Below, piece by piece: positions 1 through 8,651 of a DNA stretch of 58,932 nucleotides (within the stretch, counting starts at the first letter, position 1; each line of letters starts with the position of its first letter). The DNA comes from Eubacteriales bacterium (GTDB lineage: Bacteria; Bacillota; Clostridia; Oscillospirales; CAG-272): assembly GCA_045602325.1 (NCBI GenBank), contig JAZSBH010000053.1, forward strand, positions 1 to 58,932, in the 5' to 3' direction. Position numbers and translations under genes: made by a program. Below the pieces are notes generated by a model that saw only the letters and a list, made by a program, of their open reading frames with translations, did no database searches and had not been told where the DNA came from.

Positions 1-57
1 TTTTTTGCAATACTTTTTTGACAGACTTTTTCGTCTGTCTTCTCGTCATGCGCTTTT

Positions 58-101
58 GTACGAAAAATCCACTTAACTCGGCTTTTTAGCTTTGTTAAGT
101 G
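58..101 (-). terminator. Putative rho-independent terminator after the acidic zinc-ribbon gene
   Basis: Stem CACTTAAC/GTTAAGTG (70-77/94-101) with inner GCT/AGC pairing. On the minus strand it is followed by GAUUUUUCG. Confidence 0.35.
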
Positions 102-174
102 CATTTTTCTGTTTCGCCATTATTTTAACTTAATGACATTGACCTTGCGATCTCCTCTTGATTGTGTCAGGAAA

Positions 175-726
175 TTACTCCTCGTCGACGGATCCGACGG
201 TGGTGTCAACGCCGTCCAGAGCCTTGAGGTCATCCTCTTCCACGATGCACTCGAACTTCTCGCCGCAGTTGGGGCAGCGGAGATTCTCGGGGTCAATGGT
301 GGAATCAAAGTTGATGACGTCGCCGCAGGCAGGGCAGATGACCTCGAAGTACTCGTCCTCTTCTTCATCCTCGAAGAAGTCATCATCGTCATCGTCAAAG
401 CCGCAGTCGAAATCGCAGCCGGCGCAGTCGCCGTCGCACTCGAAATCATCATCGTCCTCGAAGCTGTCATCGTCCTCGTAGTCCTCGTCGTCAGACAGGT
501 CATCCAGGTCGAGCAGAACCTCTTCCACGTCACCCAGATCCTCGTCAAGCTCCTCGCAGTAGTCCTCGAGGTCGCTCATCTTGGCCTGCATGTCGTCGAT
601 CTCCTCGGCCATCTCGATGACCATATCCAACAGAGCGGCGATCAGCTTGCCCTCTTTGGTGGTCTTGTCCAGCTCAACGCCGTCGCAAAGACCCTTGATA
701 TACATTGCTTTTTCAATCATTGCCAT
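175..726 (-). CDS. Acidic zinc-ribbon protein (CD1247 N-terminal-domain-like)
   Basis: 183-aa ORF with GGAG 8 nt upstream of the ATG. Helical N-terminus, long D/E-rich core, and a C-terminal CPACG...CPNCG ribbon. Lies directly downstream of efp. Confidence 0.7.
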   Translation of the reverse strand: MAMIEKAMYIKGLCDGVELDKTTKEGKLIAALLDMVIEMAEEIDDMQAKMSDLEDYCEELDEDLGDVEEVLLDLDDLSDDEDYEDDDSFEDDDDFECDGDCAGCDFDCGFDDDDDDFFEDEEEDEYFEVICPACGDVINFDSTIDPENLRCPNCGEKFECIVEEDDLKALDGVDTTVGSVDEE

Positions 727-788
727 GATAAGAGCTCCTTTTCTTATACGATCAGAAGTTGCCCGTTGCGGGCGGGGAGAGCCGCAAA

Positions 789-1346
789 TTAAGCGCGGGA
801 CAGGTACTCGCCGGTACGGGTGTCGATCTTCAGGACCTCGCCCTCGTTGATGAACAGGGGAACCTTGACCACAGCGCCGGTTTCCAGGGTGGCGGGCTTC
901 AGGGTGTTGGTGGCGGTGTTGCCGGCGAAGCCGGGCTCGGTTGCGGTAACCTGCAGCTCCACGAATGTGGGAGGCTCAACGCCCAGGATGGTGCCCTTGT
1001 AGGAGATGATCTTGCACATCATCTCTTCCTTAACGAACTGGAAGTTCTCGCCGACCTGATCGTGACCGATGAGGGTCTCCTCCCAGGTCTCGGTGTCCAT
1101 GAAGTGGTACAGATCGCCGTCGTCGTAGGAATACTGCATATCCTTGCGCTCGATGTACGCGTTCTCGAACTTGTCGGTGGGGTTAAAGGTACGCTCGGTC
1201 ACGCCGCCGGAGATGCAGTTCTTGATCTTGGCGCGGACGAAAGCGGCGCCCTTACCGGGCTTGACGTGCTGGAACTCGATGACCTGATAGACCACGCCGT
1301 CCATGTCAAAGGTCAGACCGTTCTTAAAATCGCCTGCTACTACCAT
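789..1346 (-). CDS. efp: Elongation factor P
   Basis: Internal Met (MVVAGDFKNGLTFDMDG...) preceded by GGAGG. Has the hallmark KPGKGAAFVRAKIKN loop and full-length EF-P-like sequence. The track ORF start at 1403 is an N-terminal over-extension. Confidence 0.96.
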   Translation of the reverse strand: MVVAGDFKNGLTFDMDGVVYQVIEFQHVKPGKGAAFVRAKIKNCISGGVTERTFNPTDKFENAYIERKDMQYSYDDGDLYHFMDTETWEETLIGHDQVGENFQFVKEEMMCKIISYKGTILGVEPPTFVELQVTATEPGFAGNTATNTLKPATLETGAVVKVPLFINEGEVLKIDTRTGEYLSRA

Positions 1347-1470
1347 TGTAAAATACCTCCAAAGGTTTATTTTTCTTGTTTGGTACGGACAGAACCTGCC
1401 CAAAAGGGGTTGTCCGCATACAGTTACATCCTATTATACACCAAAACTGTCATTTTGACAAGGGGGTAAA

Positions 1471-1495
1471 TGAAAGTTTTTTGAGGTTTGGGAGG
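1471..1495. repeat. GAAAGTTTTTGAGG-type intergenic repeat unit
   Basis: TGAAAGTTTTTTGAGGTTTGGGAGG. The same core recurs at 30051, 53951 and, inverted, at about 29395-29412. Confidence 0.6.
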
Positions 1496-1499
1496 TTTT

Positions 1500-1534
1500 T
1501 TTGAAAAAAGGACTCCCCGATGGTCGGGGAGTCC
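1500..1534 (-). terminator. Rho-independent terminator of sigma/anti-sigma cassette A
   Basis: Perfect 11-bp stem GGACTCCCCGA/TCGGGGAGTCC (1510-1534), followed on the minus strand by UUUUUUC. Confidence 0.75.
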
Positions 1535-1547
1535 GAAAAAACTCGAT

Positions 1548-2933
1548 TTATTGCAATGTGTCAAGGTCGATCCCGCGGCTTTCCAATTCCGCACGCAGGC
1601 GCTCGGGGAGGGTATCTACCGTTCCATCCTCCAGCTTGCGGATGCCGTATATGGATTTTGTATCGGAAGGCACCTCTTCGTGGGAGCAGCCGAGCAGAAC
1701 CTCCACATAATCTCCGCTGTTCAGATCAGCATATTTTTCCTTCACTGCTTCGGCTTCAAAGTAGAACTCGTAAAAACGCGTAGACATATTGGGAGATAGC
1801 TCGGCAACAAAGTACCGATGAGTTCCGTCGGTGATGAAGTAGCCGCGCCGAATGTAATAGGGTATGTGTGAACTCATGCCCAGGTGCGAAGTAGGACAAG
1901 TGGGCCCGTCCGCAACTTCAAAAGACAAGGTCATCCCGTATTCGTCAAAGATCAATTCATACTCTCCGACGGGAAGGGCGCTGTAGTTTCCGCCCGTTGC
2001 CTTGCTGATGGACAGTGTGTAATGTTCCTCGGCGTACTCGTCGGGGGCTACCTCCTCCCCTTCAAAAGCGTATTCGGCGGTCTGACTGCCCAGATGGATG
2101 CGCTCTCCATCCTCCATGCGGTAGAGAGACCAGCAATCGCCGCGACTGAGGGGAACCCCCGGTTCGTTGGCGCGGAAGTGGACGGACAGAGATACGTCTC
2201 GCGTGGTGTAGATGCTTTGTGTGAGTGTGACGGTGAAGGGAAGCTTCGGGGCTTCCGGGGAGGTGACAGTCTCAGCCTCGGTTTCACTTTCCCTCACGGT
2301 CTCCCCCACCGTAAACTCACACCAAGCCACCGACACGTACTTCTCCCCGTCATACTCCGTGGCGTGAAGGCGGTAGGTGCCGGGGGTCAGAGGCTTGGTA
2401 ATTCTGATGCTTTGGGTTAGCTTCGCGTACTCGTCGCGCTCAGGCTCATCATAACCGGCGTCCTCAGGATAGGCAATCCCTACGGTGACAGCTCCGTCGG
2501 AGGTCAGCTTTTCCAGGTGCCAGGCGTTATAGCGATTCACTCTTTCCCCTTTGGTCTTTCCCGTCATCACCGCCGTGATCCTCTCGGTACCCTCGGGGTA
2601 ATTCTCCATCTCGGTGGCTATGGTAAAGTTCACGCCGTGGTCGCTCATCTCAATGGTACTGCCTGCGGGTTGCTTTGGGGGATCGTAGGTAGGCGGTTCT
2701 TTCCCCGCACGAATAATGAAAATCAGCACGGCCAGAGCCACGATGCCCGAAATGACGGCGGCGCCCCAACCGCTGTTCAGGAAGCGGCGGAAGCCTCCCA
2801 TGGGCTTGGCGGGACGGGTAATCCCTGCCTCGGCCTCGTAGAGCATCTGCTCGGCGGCAAGAATATAGTTGTCGGGAATTCGGCTCATGGCGGCAAAGGC
2901 GTTCAGAGCGCGGGTCTGTTTACGGTCGGTCAT
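1548..2933 (-). CDS. Anti-sigma-like single-pass membrane protein, cassette A (non-LRR ectodomain)
   Basis: 461 aa. The start overlaps the sigma stop (ATGA). Short N-terminal helix (IPDNYILAAEQM), then TM SGWGAAVISGIVALAVLIFIIRAG, then about 380 external residues with no LRR signature. Confidence 0.8.
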   Translation of the reverse strand: MTDRKQTRALNAFAAMSRIPDNYILAAEQMLYEAEAGITRPAKPMGGFRRFLNSGWGAAVISGIVALAVLIFIIRAGKEPPTYDPPKQPAGSTIEMSDHGVNFTIATEMENYPEGTERITAVMTGKTKGERVNRYNAWHLEKLTSDGAVTVGIAYPEDAGYDEPERDEYAKLTQSIRITKPLTPGTYRLHATEYDGEKYVSVAWCEFTVGETVRESETEAETVTSPEAPKLPFTVTLTQSIYTTRDVSLSVHFRANEPGVPLSRGDCWSLYRMEDGERIHLGSQTAEYAFEGEEVAPDEYAEEHYTLSISKATGGNYSALPVGEYELIFDEYGMTLSFEVADGPTCPTSHLGMSSHIPYYIRRGYFITDGTHRYFVAELSPNMSTRFYEFYFEAEAVKEKYADLNSGDYVEVLLGCSHEEVPSDTKSIYGIRKLEDGTVDTLPERLRAELESRGIDLDTLQ

Positions 2934-3481
2934 ACGTGGTATCCCCTTTCGGTGAGATAGGCGCGGAGCTTTTCGCGAGTACGGTAGAGGCGGGCGGAGA
3001 GGTTGTTGGGCTTCATTTTGAAGGCCTTGGCCAGCCGCGCCACCGAGTGGCCGTGCCAGTAGCGCAGGACAAAGAGATTGCGTTCCTCGGCGGGAAGATC
3101 CTCCAGAAACCCCGCCAGCAGCATGGGCAGGTCGGAGTCGTCCTCCTCCTGCGCAGGTAAAATTTCGGCAAGCTCCTCCAGGGTCAGTTCGAATTCCCGA
3201 TTCTGTGTCTGGCGCTGACGGTAGCGGTCAATGGCGAGGTTGCGGGTGATCTTACCCAGAAACAGCCGTAGGACGGTGGGCTTTTGGGGCGGGATGGAGT
3301 TCCAGGTCTTCAGCCAGGTGTCGTTGACGCATTCCTCGGCGTCGGGGCGGCTGTTCAGAATATTCATGGCCACCGACAGGCAATAATGTCCGTAGACGCG
3401 GGCGGTATGCTCGATGGCGGATTCGTCGCGGGCGAGATAGAGAGCTACAATGTCCGCGTCGGTCATGGGTTTGCTGTTCAT
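2930..3481 (-). CDS. ECF-like RNA polymerase sigma-70 family factor, cassette A
   Basis: Start MNSKPMTDADIVALYLARDE preceded by AAAGGAGA. Region 2 motif DAEECVNDTWLKTWNSIPP and region 4 RYWHG...RTREKLRAYLTERGYHV. Confidence 0.9.
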   Translation of the reverse strand: MNSKPMTDADIVALYLARDESAIEHTARVYGHYCLSVAMNILNSRPDAEECVNDTWLKTWNSIPPQKPTVLRLFLGKITRNLAIDRYRQRQTQNREFELTLEELAEILPAQEEDDSDLPMLLAGFLEDLPAEERNLFVLRYWHGHSVARLAKAFKMKPNNLSARLYRTREKLRAYLTERGYHV

Positions 3482-3527
3482 GGTATGTCTCCTTTCGTTG
3501 GAGTGGGGGTATGTCCCCATTATACCA

Positions 3528-3536
3528 TATAAGACG
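3528..3536 (-). promoter_or_regulatory. Candidate ECF-type -10 element (CGTCTTATA) upstream of sigma A
   Basis: CGTCTTATA lies 55 nt upstream of the ATG. Related GTCTTATA, CGTCTAAT and CGATCTATATA motifs occur upstream of the three paralogous sigma genes. No -35 element could be defined. Confidence 0.4.
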
Positions 3537-3583
3537 AAGATTTTGGGGAAATATGATGGGATTTTTGAAAAAAGTTTCGAGAT

Positions 3584-3722
3584 TTCAAATTTGGGTTTAG
3601 AGGTCTGTTTGACGAAGATGGCGTGCCTTTGTTTTTGATAGCGGGCGCACCTGCGTGTGCGCCCGCGAACGCACATAGTGCGTTCAATTCCGAAGGGCTA
3701 AAACTCACCGATAAACTCCAAT
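3584..3722. repeat. REPIN/MITE-like element, copy a
   Basis: Left end TTCAAATTTGGGTTTAG and right end CACCGATAAACTCCAAT (degenerate). The interior has two perfect hairpins, GCGGGCGCAC/GTGCGCCCGC and GAACGCAC/GTGCGTTC. Confidence 0.6.
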
Positions 3723-3805
3723 CCCCCATCCTCGTCATTCTGCCCAACGCCCCTCCTTTCGTAAAAATTCTTTTGTGCAAGCAAACCAAAAATTCACAAA
3801 AAGCA

Positions 3806-3834
3806 TTGACAAGAAATCCGAAATGGTGTAAAAT
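3806..3834 (+). promoter_or_regulatory. Sigma-A type promoter of yicC operon
   Basis: TTGACA (3806-3811), 17 nt spacer, TAAAAT (3829-3834). Confidence 0.65.
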
Positions 3835-3884
3835 TGAAAATGTATAGATATGCCAAGAATATTTCCCGAAAGGAACAGGAATAT

Positions 3885-4781
3885 ATGAGAAGCATGACCG
3901 CCTTCGGCCGCGCACAGATCGCGGGGGAGGGCTATGAATTGACCGTCGAGCTCCGCTCGGTCAATAACCGTTATCTGGACTGGAATATCCGTCTCCCCCG
4001 TGCCTGGGCGGCACAGGAGGAGCGCATCAAAACCGCCTTGGGTCAGTTGGGGGTGAGTCGCGGCAAGGTGGATGTCAACGTTACCGTTGCAGATACCCGT
4101 ACCCAGTCGGGTGCCGCCGTGTTGGAGCCCGATCTGGAGGCCGCCCGCCGCTATCTGGAGGCCGCCCTGCTTCTGCGGGATGAGCTGAACGTGGATCATG
4201 ATCTGACCACCACCCGGCTTTTGACCCTCCCCGGGGTCATGGTGCCCGTCAAGGAGGATACGACCGAGGACGACGATGCCGTCTGGGCCAAGCTGTCCCC
4301 GGCCCTGACCGAGGCCGCCACCGCCTTCCTCGCCGCTCGCGAGCGGGAGGGAGCTCGACTGGGTGAGGACGTGCTGGCCAAGCTCACGGGTATTCGTGGC
4401 ATGGTGGCTACCATCGCCGCCCGCTCCGAGGAGAACATCCGTACCTACCGCGTCCGCTTTGAGGAACGCCTCCGTGCTGCTCTGGGCGAGACAGGAGCGA
4501 CCTTTGACGAAAACCGCGTGGTCACCGAGTGCGCCATCTACGCCGACCGCGTGGCCATCGACGAGGAACTGGTGCGCCTGGCCTCCCACTTCGACGCTCT
4601 GGAGGGACTGTTCAAGTCCACCGAGCCCGTAGGCCGCCGCATCGACTTCATGCTCCAGGAGACCAACCGAGAGATCAACACCATCGGCTCCAAGTGCTCG
4701 GATGCCGCCATGGCTCAGACCGTGGCCGATGTTAAGAGCGAGCTGGAGAAGATACGCGAGCAAATCCAAAATATAGAATAA
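3885..4781 (+). CDS. yicC: YicC/YloC family stress-induced protein
   Basis: MRSMTAFGRA...ELRSVNNRYLD...DEELVRLASH...NREINTIGSK are typical YicC N- and C-terminal signatures. The ATG at 3885 follows AGGAACAGGA. Confidence 0.9.
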   Translation: MRSMTAFGRAQIAGEGYELTVELRSVNNRYLDWNIRLPRAWAAQEERIKTALGQLGVSRGKVDVNVTVADTRTQSGAAVLEPDLEAARRYLEAALLLRDELNVDHDLTTTRLLTLPGVMVPVKEDTTEDDDAVWAKLSPALTEAATAFLAAREREGARLGEDVLAKLTGIRGMVATIAARSEENIRTYRVRFEERLRAALGETGATFDENRVVTECAIYADRVAIDEELVRLASHFDALEGLFKSTEPVGRRIDFMLQETNREINTIGSKCSDAAMAQTVADVKSELEKIREQIQNIE

Positions 4782-4863
4782 GTAGCTTTGACGCTCGCCG
4801 CGAGCCAATCCAGAATATAGAATAAAGACAAAATAAGACTGACGCAGAAAGGAAACCGATACC

Positions 4864-5142
4864 ATGAGATTCATCAATATAGGCTACGGCAACATGGTAG
4901 CCGTGGAACGCATCGTGACCCTGGTCAGCCCTGATTCCGCCCCTATCAAGCGTCTGATCCAGGACGCCAAGGACGACGGGCGCGTCATCGATGTGACCTG
5001 CGGACGCAAGACCCGCGCTGTCATCATCACCGATTCCGAGCACGTCATTCTGGCCGCCATCCAGACCGAGACTATCGCCAACCGCTTGGAGAGCGACGGT
5101 GACGTTGCCCTGGACGAGGCCGAGGACGAGGAAGAAGCCTGA
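4864..5142 (+). CDS. remA: RemA/DUF370 family regulator
   Basis: [32 protein letters not shown]...[21 protein letters not shown] is a canonical RemA-like sequence with an added acidic tail. Confidence 0.9.
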   Translation: MRFINIGYGNMVAVERIVTLVSPDSAPIKRLIQDAKDDGRVIDVTCGRKTRAVIITDSEHVILAAIQTETIANRLESDGDVALDEAEDEEEA

Positions 5143-5183
5143 TCCAGCTCTGATTCTGATTCACAATTATAAGGAGATAAAAC

Positions 5184-5663
5184 ATGATTTACCCTACTAT
5201 CAAAGACCTTACCAAGGATGAGTACAACCGCTACGAGATCGCTTTGGCCACCGCCAAGTGCGCCCGCATGATTACCAACGAATACACCCGCCAGCGGGTG
5301 GAGGCCGAGCGTCAGATGACGGGCAACAAGGAAACGGATAAGCCCTTGAATACCATGATTGACAAGGAAGTCCGTGACGAGAAGGCCGTCAAGCTGGCCA
5401 TTGGCCGCATCTACAAGGGCGAGTACACCATCGTCCATAAGGATCCAGCCGAGCAGGAGCGGGAGGAGCAGGCCATCCTGGCCGGCATCAACCGTCCCTA
5501 CGAGGAGTTCAGCTTTGACGCTGAGGACGAGATCCTCGAGGACGAGACCCTTGAAGACGAGGATGCCGTGGATACCGAAGACGCCGATGGGGAGGACGGG
5601 ATCGCCGCTGAGGATGAAGCCGCCGAGTCCGCCGAGGAGTCCTTCGAGACCGAAGAGATCTAA
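5184..5663 (+). CDS. rpoZ: RNA polymerase omega subunit with long acidic C-terminal extension
   Basis: The N-terminus MIYPTIKDLTKDEYNRYEIALATAKCARMI matches the omega fold motif, and the position between remA and priA fits. The last ~70 aa are D/E-rich. Confidence 0.72.
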   Translation: MIYPTIKDLTKDEYNRYEIALATAKCARMITNEYTRQRVEAERQMTGNKETDKPLNTMIDKEVRDEKAVKLAIGRIYKGEYTIVHKDPAEQEREEQAILAGINRPYEEFSFDAEDEILEDETLEDEDAVDTEDADGEDGIAAEDEAAESAEESFETEEI

Positions 5664-5699
5664 ACCGTGACCCAACGAAATACCCAAGGAGGCACCGCC

Positions 5700-8246
5700 A
5701 TGGAGCAGGATACCGTTTTGCGCGATGCGGCCGTACCCACGTACGCCGGCGTACACATTTTAGGTAATCCGTTCTGCATTGACGGTGCCTACCATTATTT
5801 CATTCCTCATTTCATGGCGAGATCCGTGAAGCGGGGCGCCTTTGTGACCGTGCCCTTCGGCAAGGGCAACCGCAAACAGCTTGCGGTGGTGGTATCGGTG
5901 GGGGATGCCTCCGACCTGCCCCCCAACCTGACCCCCGATAAGATCAAGCCCATCGACGGCGTTTGCCGTGAAAAGCTGTTTTTGACCGAAAAACAGCTTT
6001 CTCTGTGCTTCTATCTGAAAGAGACTACCCTTTGTACCATGGGTGACGCGGTGCGTGCCGTAGTGCCCGCCTCGGCGCTGGCCACCCTGGTGGAGTATTA
6101 CCGCCCCTTGGCGGTGGAGGCTGACCGTTTCGAGAGTCGCCGTGCATCTCTGGCCGCGCAAGATCTCTTGGTATTGGAGTATATCCGTACCCGCGGCTGG
6201 GTGTCGGGACAGGCCGTGAAGCACCGCTTCGGTGCCAAGGCCGCCGTTTCCCTGGATCGACTCTGCGACAAAGAACTGATCGAGCGGGAATTGACGGTGC
6301 GCCAACCCGACGTGCCTACGGTTCGGACGTATGCCCTGAGCTGTCCCGTGGAGACCGCCAACGCTGTCCTGCGGGGGGAAAGGGGCTATCCTCGGGTGAC
6401 CTCCGAGATCCAGAAACGGGTGTTGGAGCTGTTGGCAGAGACTTGCCGAGAGGTGGAGGGAAATGAACTGCGCCAAATAACAGGAGCGAACGCCACCCAC
6501 CTCAAAGCCCTGGTGGATAAGGGGCTTCTCGCGGTCACCGAGGAGGAAGCCTACCATACCTCCGCCGAGGCCGAGGGGGAAGGCAACCGCACCGTCCATC
6601 GGTTGAGTGACGAGCAGACTGACGCGGTGGCCACCCTGGAGGCTCTGGCCGCGTCGGGAGAGCCCAAGGCCGCACTTCTCCACGGAGTAACGGGAAGCGG
6701 CAAGACCTGCGTCATCCTGGAGACCATCGATCGAGTGCTGGACAGCGGCCGCGGGGTCATTGTCCTACTCCCGGAGATCGGCTTGACCCCCCAGATGCTC
6801 CATATCTTCCACGCTCGCTACGGCCGCCGCGTGGCAGTCATCCATTCGGGGCTGTCGGCGGGGGAACGGTTGGATTCCCACCTCCGCATCCTGTCAGGAG
6901 AGGCCCCCATCGTGGTGGGCACCCGCTCGGCGGTATTCGCTCCCGTGCCCAATCTGGGTATGATCGTCATGGACGAGGAGCAGGAGCACACCTATAAATC
7001 CGACCAGGATCCCAAATATCACGCCCGGGATATCACCCGTTTCCGCTGTGCCACCGAGAATGCCCTCATGCTCCTGGCCTCGGCCACGCCGTCGCTGGAA
7101 AGCTACCAAAAGGCCAAAGAAGGGAAGTATACCCTCATCGCCATGAAGCACCGCTACGGGGCGGCGCGTCTGCCCGACGTCCATATCGTGGATATGCGAG
7201 GTGAGCCGGGCCACGGCAATCTGTCCCCCTTGGGGGAGATCCTGGCCAAGGAGATCGCCCGGGTCCACAGGGAAGGGAATCAGTCGGTGCTCTTCCTCAA
7301 TCGCCGCGGTTACAGCCATCAGACGGTCTGCCGCTCCTGCGGCCGCGCCGTCACCTGCCCCCGTTGCTCGGTGGCTATGAACTACCACGTACGGCGCCAT
7401 ACATCCGAGGGCGAGCTGGTTTGCCATTGGTGCGGCTCCCGCCGTGCCGTCCCCGACACCTGCCCCGATTGCGGTTCTCCCCATCTGATCCGTATGGGCT
7501 ACGGTACCCAGCGGGTGGAGGAAGAGCTGAATACGGTATTCCCCTCGGCGCGCATCATGCGTATGGACGCCGATACCACCACCACCAAATCTGCTTATAA
7601 CGATCTGCTGGGTGGCTTCCGTACCCACGAGGCGGATATCCTCTTGGGTACCCAGATGGTGACCAAGGGGCACGATTTTCCCGACGTGACCCTGGTCGGC
7701 GTGCTCATGGCGGATATGTCCCTCTATCTGGACGACTACCGCGCGGGGGAGAAGACCTTCTCCATGCTGACCCAGGTCATCGGCCGTGCCGGACGGGCGG
7801 ACAAGCCGGGGCTGGCGGTTATCCAAACCATGAACCCCGACAGCGAGGTCATCCGTCTGGCCTGTGCCCAGGATTACGAAACATTCTTCCAAAACGAGAT
7901 CCGCATCCGTCGTCTGCTCCAGTTCCCCCCCTTCTGCGATATGGTGCTTCTGACTTTGACCTGCCCCGACGAAAAGGAGCTGCAAAAGGCTTGTCTGCGC
8001 CTCTCGGAGGAGCTGCGAAGACAGAACACCGAGGTCTTTTCCGACGTGCCCGTCGTGGCCTTCGGCCCCTTTGAAGCCCCCGTCTATCGTGTGGACAACG
8101 TCTACCGCATGCGGATGGTGGTCAAGTGCCGCTTGAGTCGCCGTGCCCGCGCCATGTTCGCCGCTATCCTCACCACCTTCACCACAGACAGTCGCGGCAG
8201 TCAAAGGCCGATTTTGAGTATTGATTTCAATCCCAGCAGCATTTGA
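5700..8246 (+). CDS. priA: Primosomal protein N' (replication restart helicase PriA)
   Basis: Walker A GVTGSGKT, DEEQEH box, Cys-rich zinc region CRSCGRAVTCPRCSVAM...CHWCG...CPDCGS, and C-terminal IDFNP. The ATG at 5700 has AAGGAGG 8 nt upstream, so the GTG at 5667 is less likely. Confidence 0.95.
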   Translation: MEQDTVLRDAAVPTYAGVHILGNPFCIDGAYHYFIPHFMARSVKRGAFVTVPFGKGNRKQLAVVVSVGDASDLPPNLTPDKIKPIDGVCREKLFLTEKQLSLCFYLKETTLCTMGDAVRAVVPASALATLVEYYRPLAVEADRFESRRASLAAQDLLVLEYIRTRGWVSGQAVKHRFGAKAAVSLDRLCDKELIERELTVRQPDVPTVRTYALSCPVETANAVLRGERGYPRVTSEIQKRVLELLAETCREVEGNELRQITGANATHLKALVDKGLLAVTEEEAYHTSAEAEGEGNRTVHRLSDEQTDAVATLEALAASGEPKAALLHGVTGSGKTCVILETIDRVLDSGRGVIVLLPEIGLTPQMLHIFHARYGRRVAVIHSGLSAGERLDSHLRILSGEAPIVVGTRSAVFAPVPNLGMIVMDEEQEHTYKSDQDPKYHARDITRFRCATENALMLLASATPSLESYQKAKEGKYTLIAMKHRYGAARLPDVHIVDMRGEPGHGNLSPLGEILAKEIARVHREGNQSVLFLNRRGYSHQTVCRSCGRAVTCPRCSVAMNYHVRRHTSEGELVCHWCGSRRAVPDTCPDCGSPHLIRMGYGTQRVEEELNTVFPSARIMRMDADTTTTKSAYNDLLGGFRTHEADILLGTQMVTKGHDFPDVTLVGVLMADMSLYLDDYRAGEKTFSMLTQVIGRAGRADKPGLAVIQTMNPDSEVIRLACAQDYETFFQNEIRIRRLLQFPPFCDMVLLTLTCPDEKELQKACLRLSEELRRQNTEVFSDVPVVAFGPFEAPVYRVDNVYRMRMVVKCRLSRRARAMFAAILTTFTTDSRGSQRPILSIDFNPSSI
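8208..8234 (+). repeat. priA 3'-end segment that is near-duplicated at 8341-8367
   Basis: CCGATTTTGAGTATTGATTTCAATCCC versus CCGATTTTGAGTATGGATTTCTATCCG, 24 of 27 identical. Confidence 0.85.
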
Positions 8247-8296
8247 TGCAGGAAAGCCACGCTTTGAGGGCTTTCAAAATTCTTAATTTTTTTGAT

Positions 8297-8351
8297 TTTT
8301 CTGTAAGGTTTTCGAATTTTCCGTGTCTTATAGGGTAGAACCGATTTTGAG
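8297..8351 (+). promoter_or_regulatory. 55-bp promoter-region repeat, copy 1 (upstream of lipoprotein gene)
   Basis: TTTTCTGTAAGGTTTTCGAATTTTCCGTGTCTTATAGGGTAGAACCGATTTTGAG is identical to 9853-9907, which lies immediately upstream of sigma B. Confidence 0.7.
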
Positions 8352-8367
8352 TATGGATTTCTATCCG
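8341..8367 (+). repeat. Near-duplicate of priA 3' end
   Basis: 24 of 27 nt identical to 8208-8234. Overlaps the 3' edge of promoter-repeat copy 1. Confidence 0.85.
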
Positions 8368-8408
8368 TGAATCGGAGACGGAAAATTTTGCAATCGCCTA
8401 AAAAACAA

Positions 8409-8651
8409 TAGCCGATTGCAAAATGTTCAAATTTGGGTTTATCGGTGGGTTGGCACAGTCTTAAGGCTCCCTCCGGGAGGGAGCTGGCGCGAAGCGACTG
8501 AGGGAGAGTGCGCGAGTTAAAAGCCTAATTCTCTTTATCGGAAAAAAGCTTTTTACTCTATGCACGCGGGCTCCCCCACCGCTACGCGGAGGGGGCCTCA
8601 TAGAAAGTGCCCACCGATAAACTGCAATTTTCCTAATTATGCAATCGGCTA
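8409..8651. mobile_element. REPIN/MITE-like foldback element, copy b, with flanking 12-bp direct repeat
   Basis: Outer perfect 12-bp inverted repeat TAGCCGATTGCA/TGCAATCGGCTA. Inner termini TTCAAATTTGGGTTTATCGGTGGG / CCCACCGATAAACTGCAATTTT, GC hairpins, and an AT-rich centre. Flanked by CCTAAAAAACAA at 8397-8408 and 8652-8663. Confidence 0.6.

Noticed and set aside
8252-8290. Possible priA terminator (GAAAGCC/GGCTTTC)
   Set aside because: The stem is only 7 bp with a 10-nt loop, and the T-run starts about 12 nt after it. This is too weak to call as a feature.
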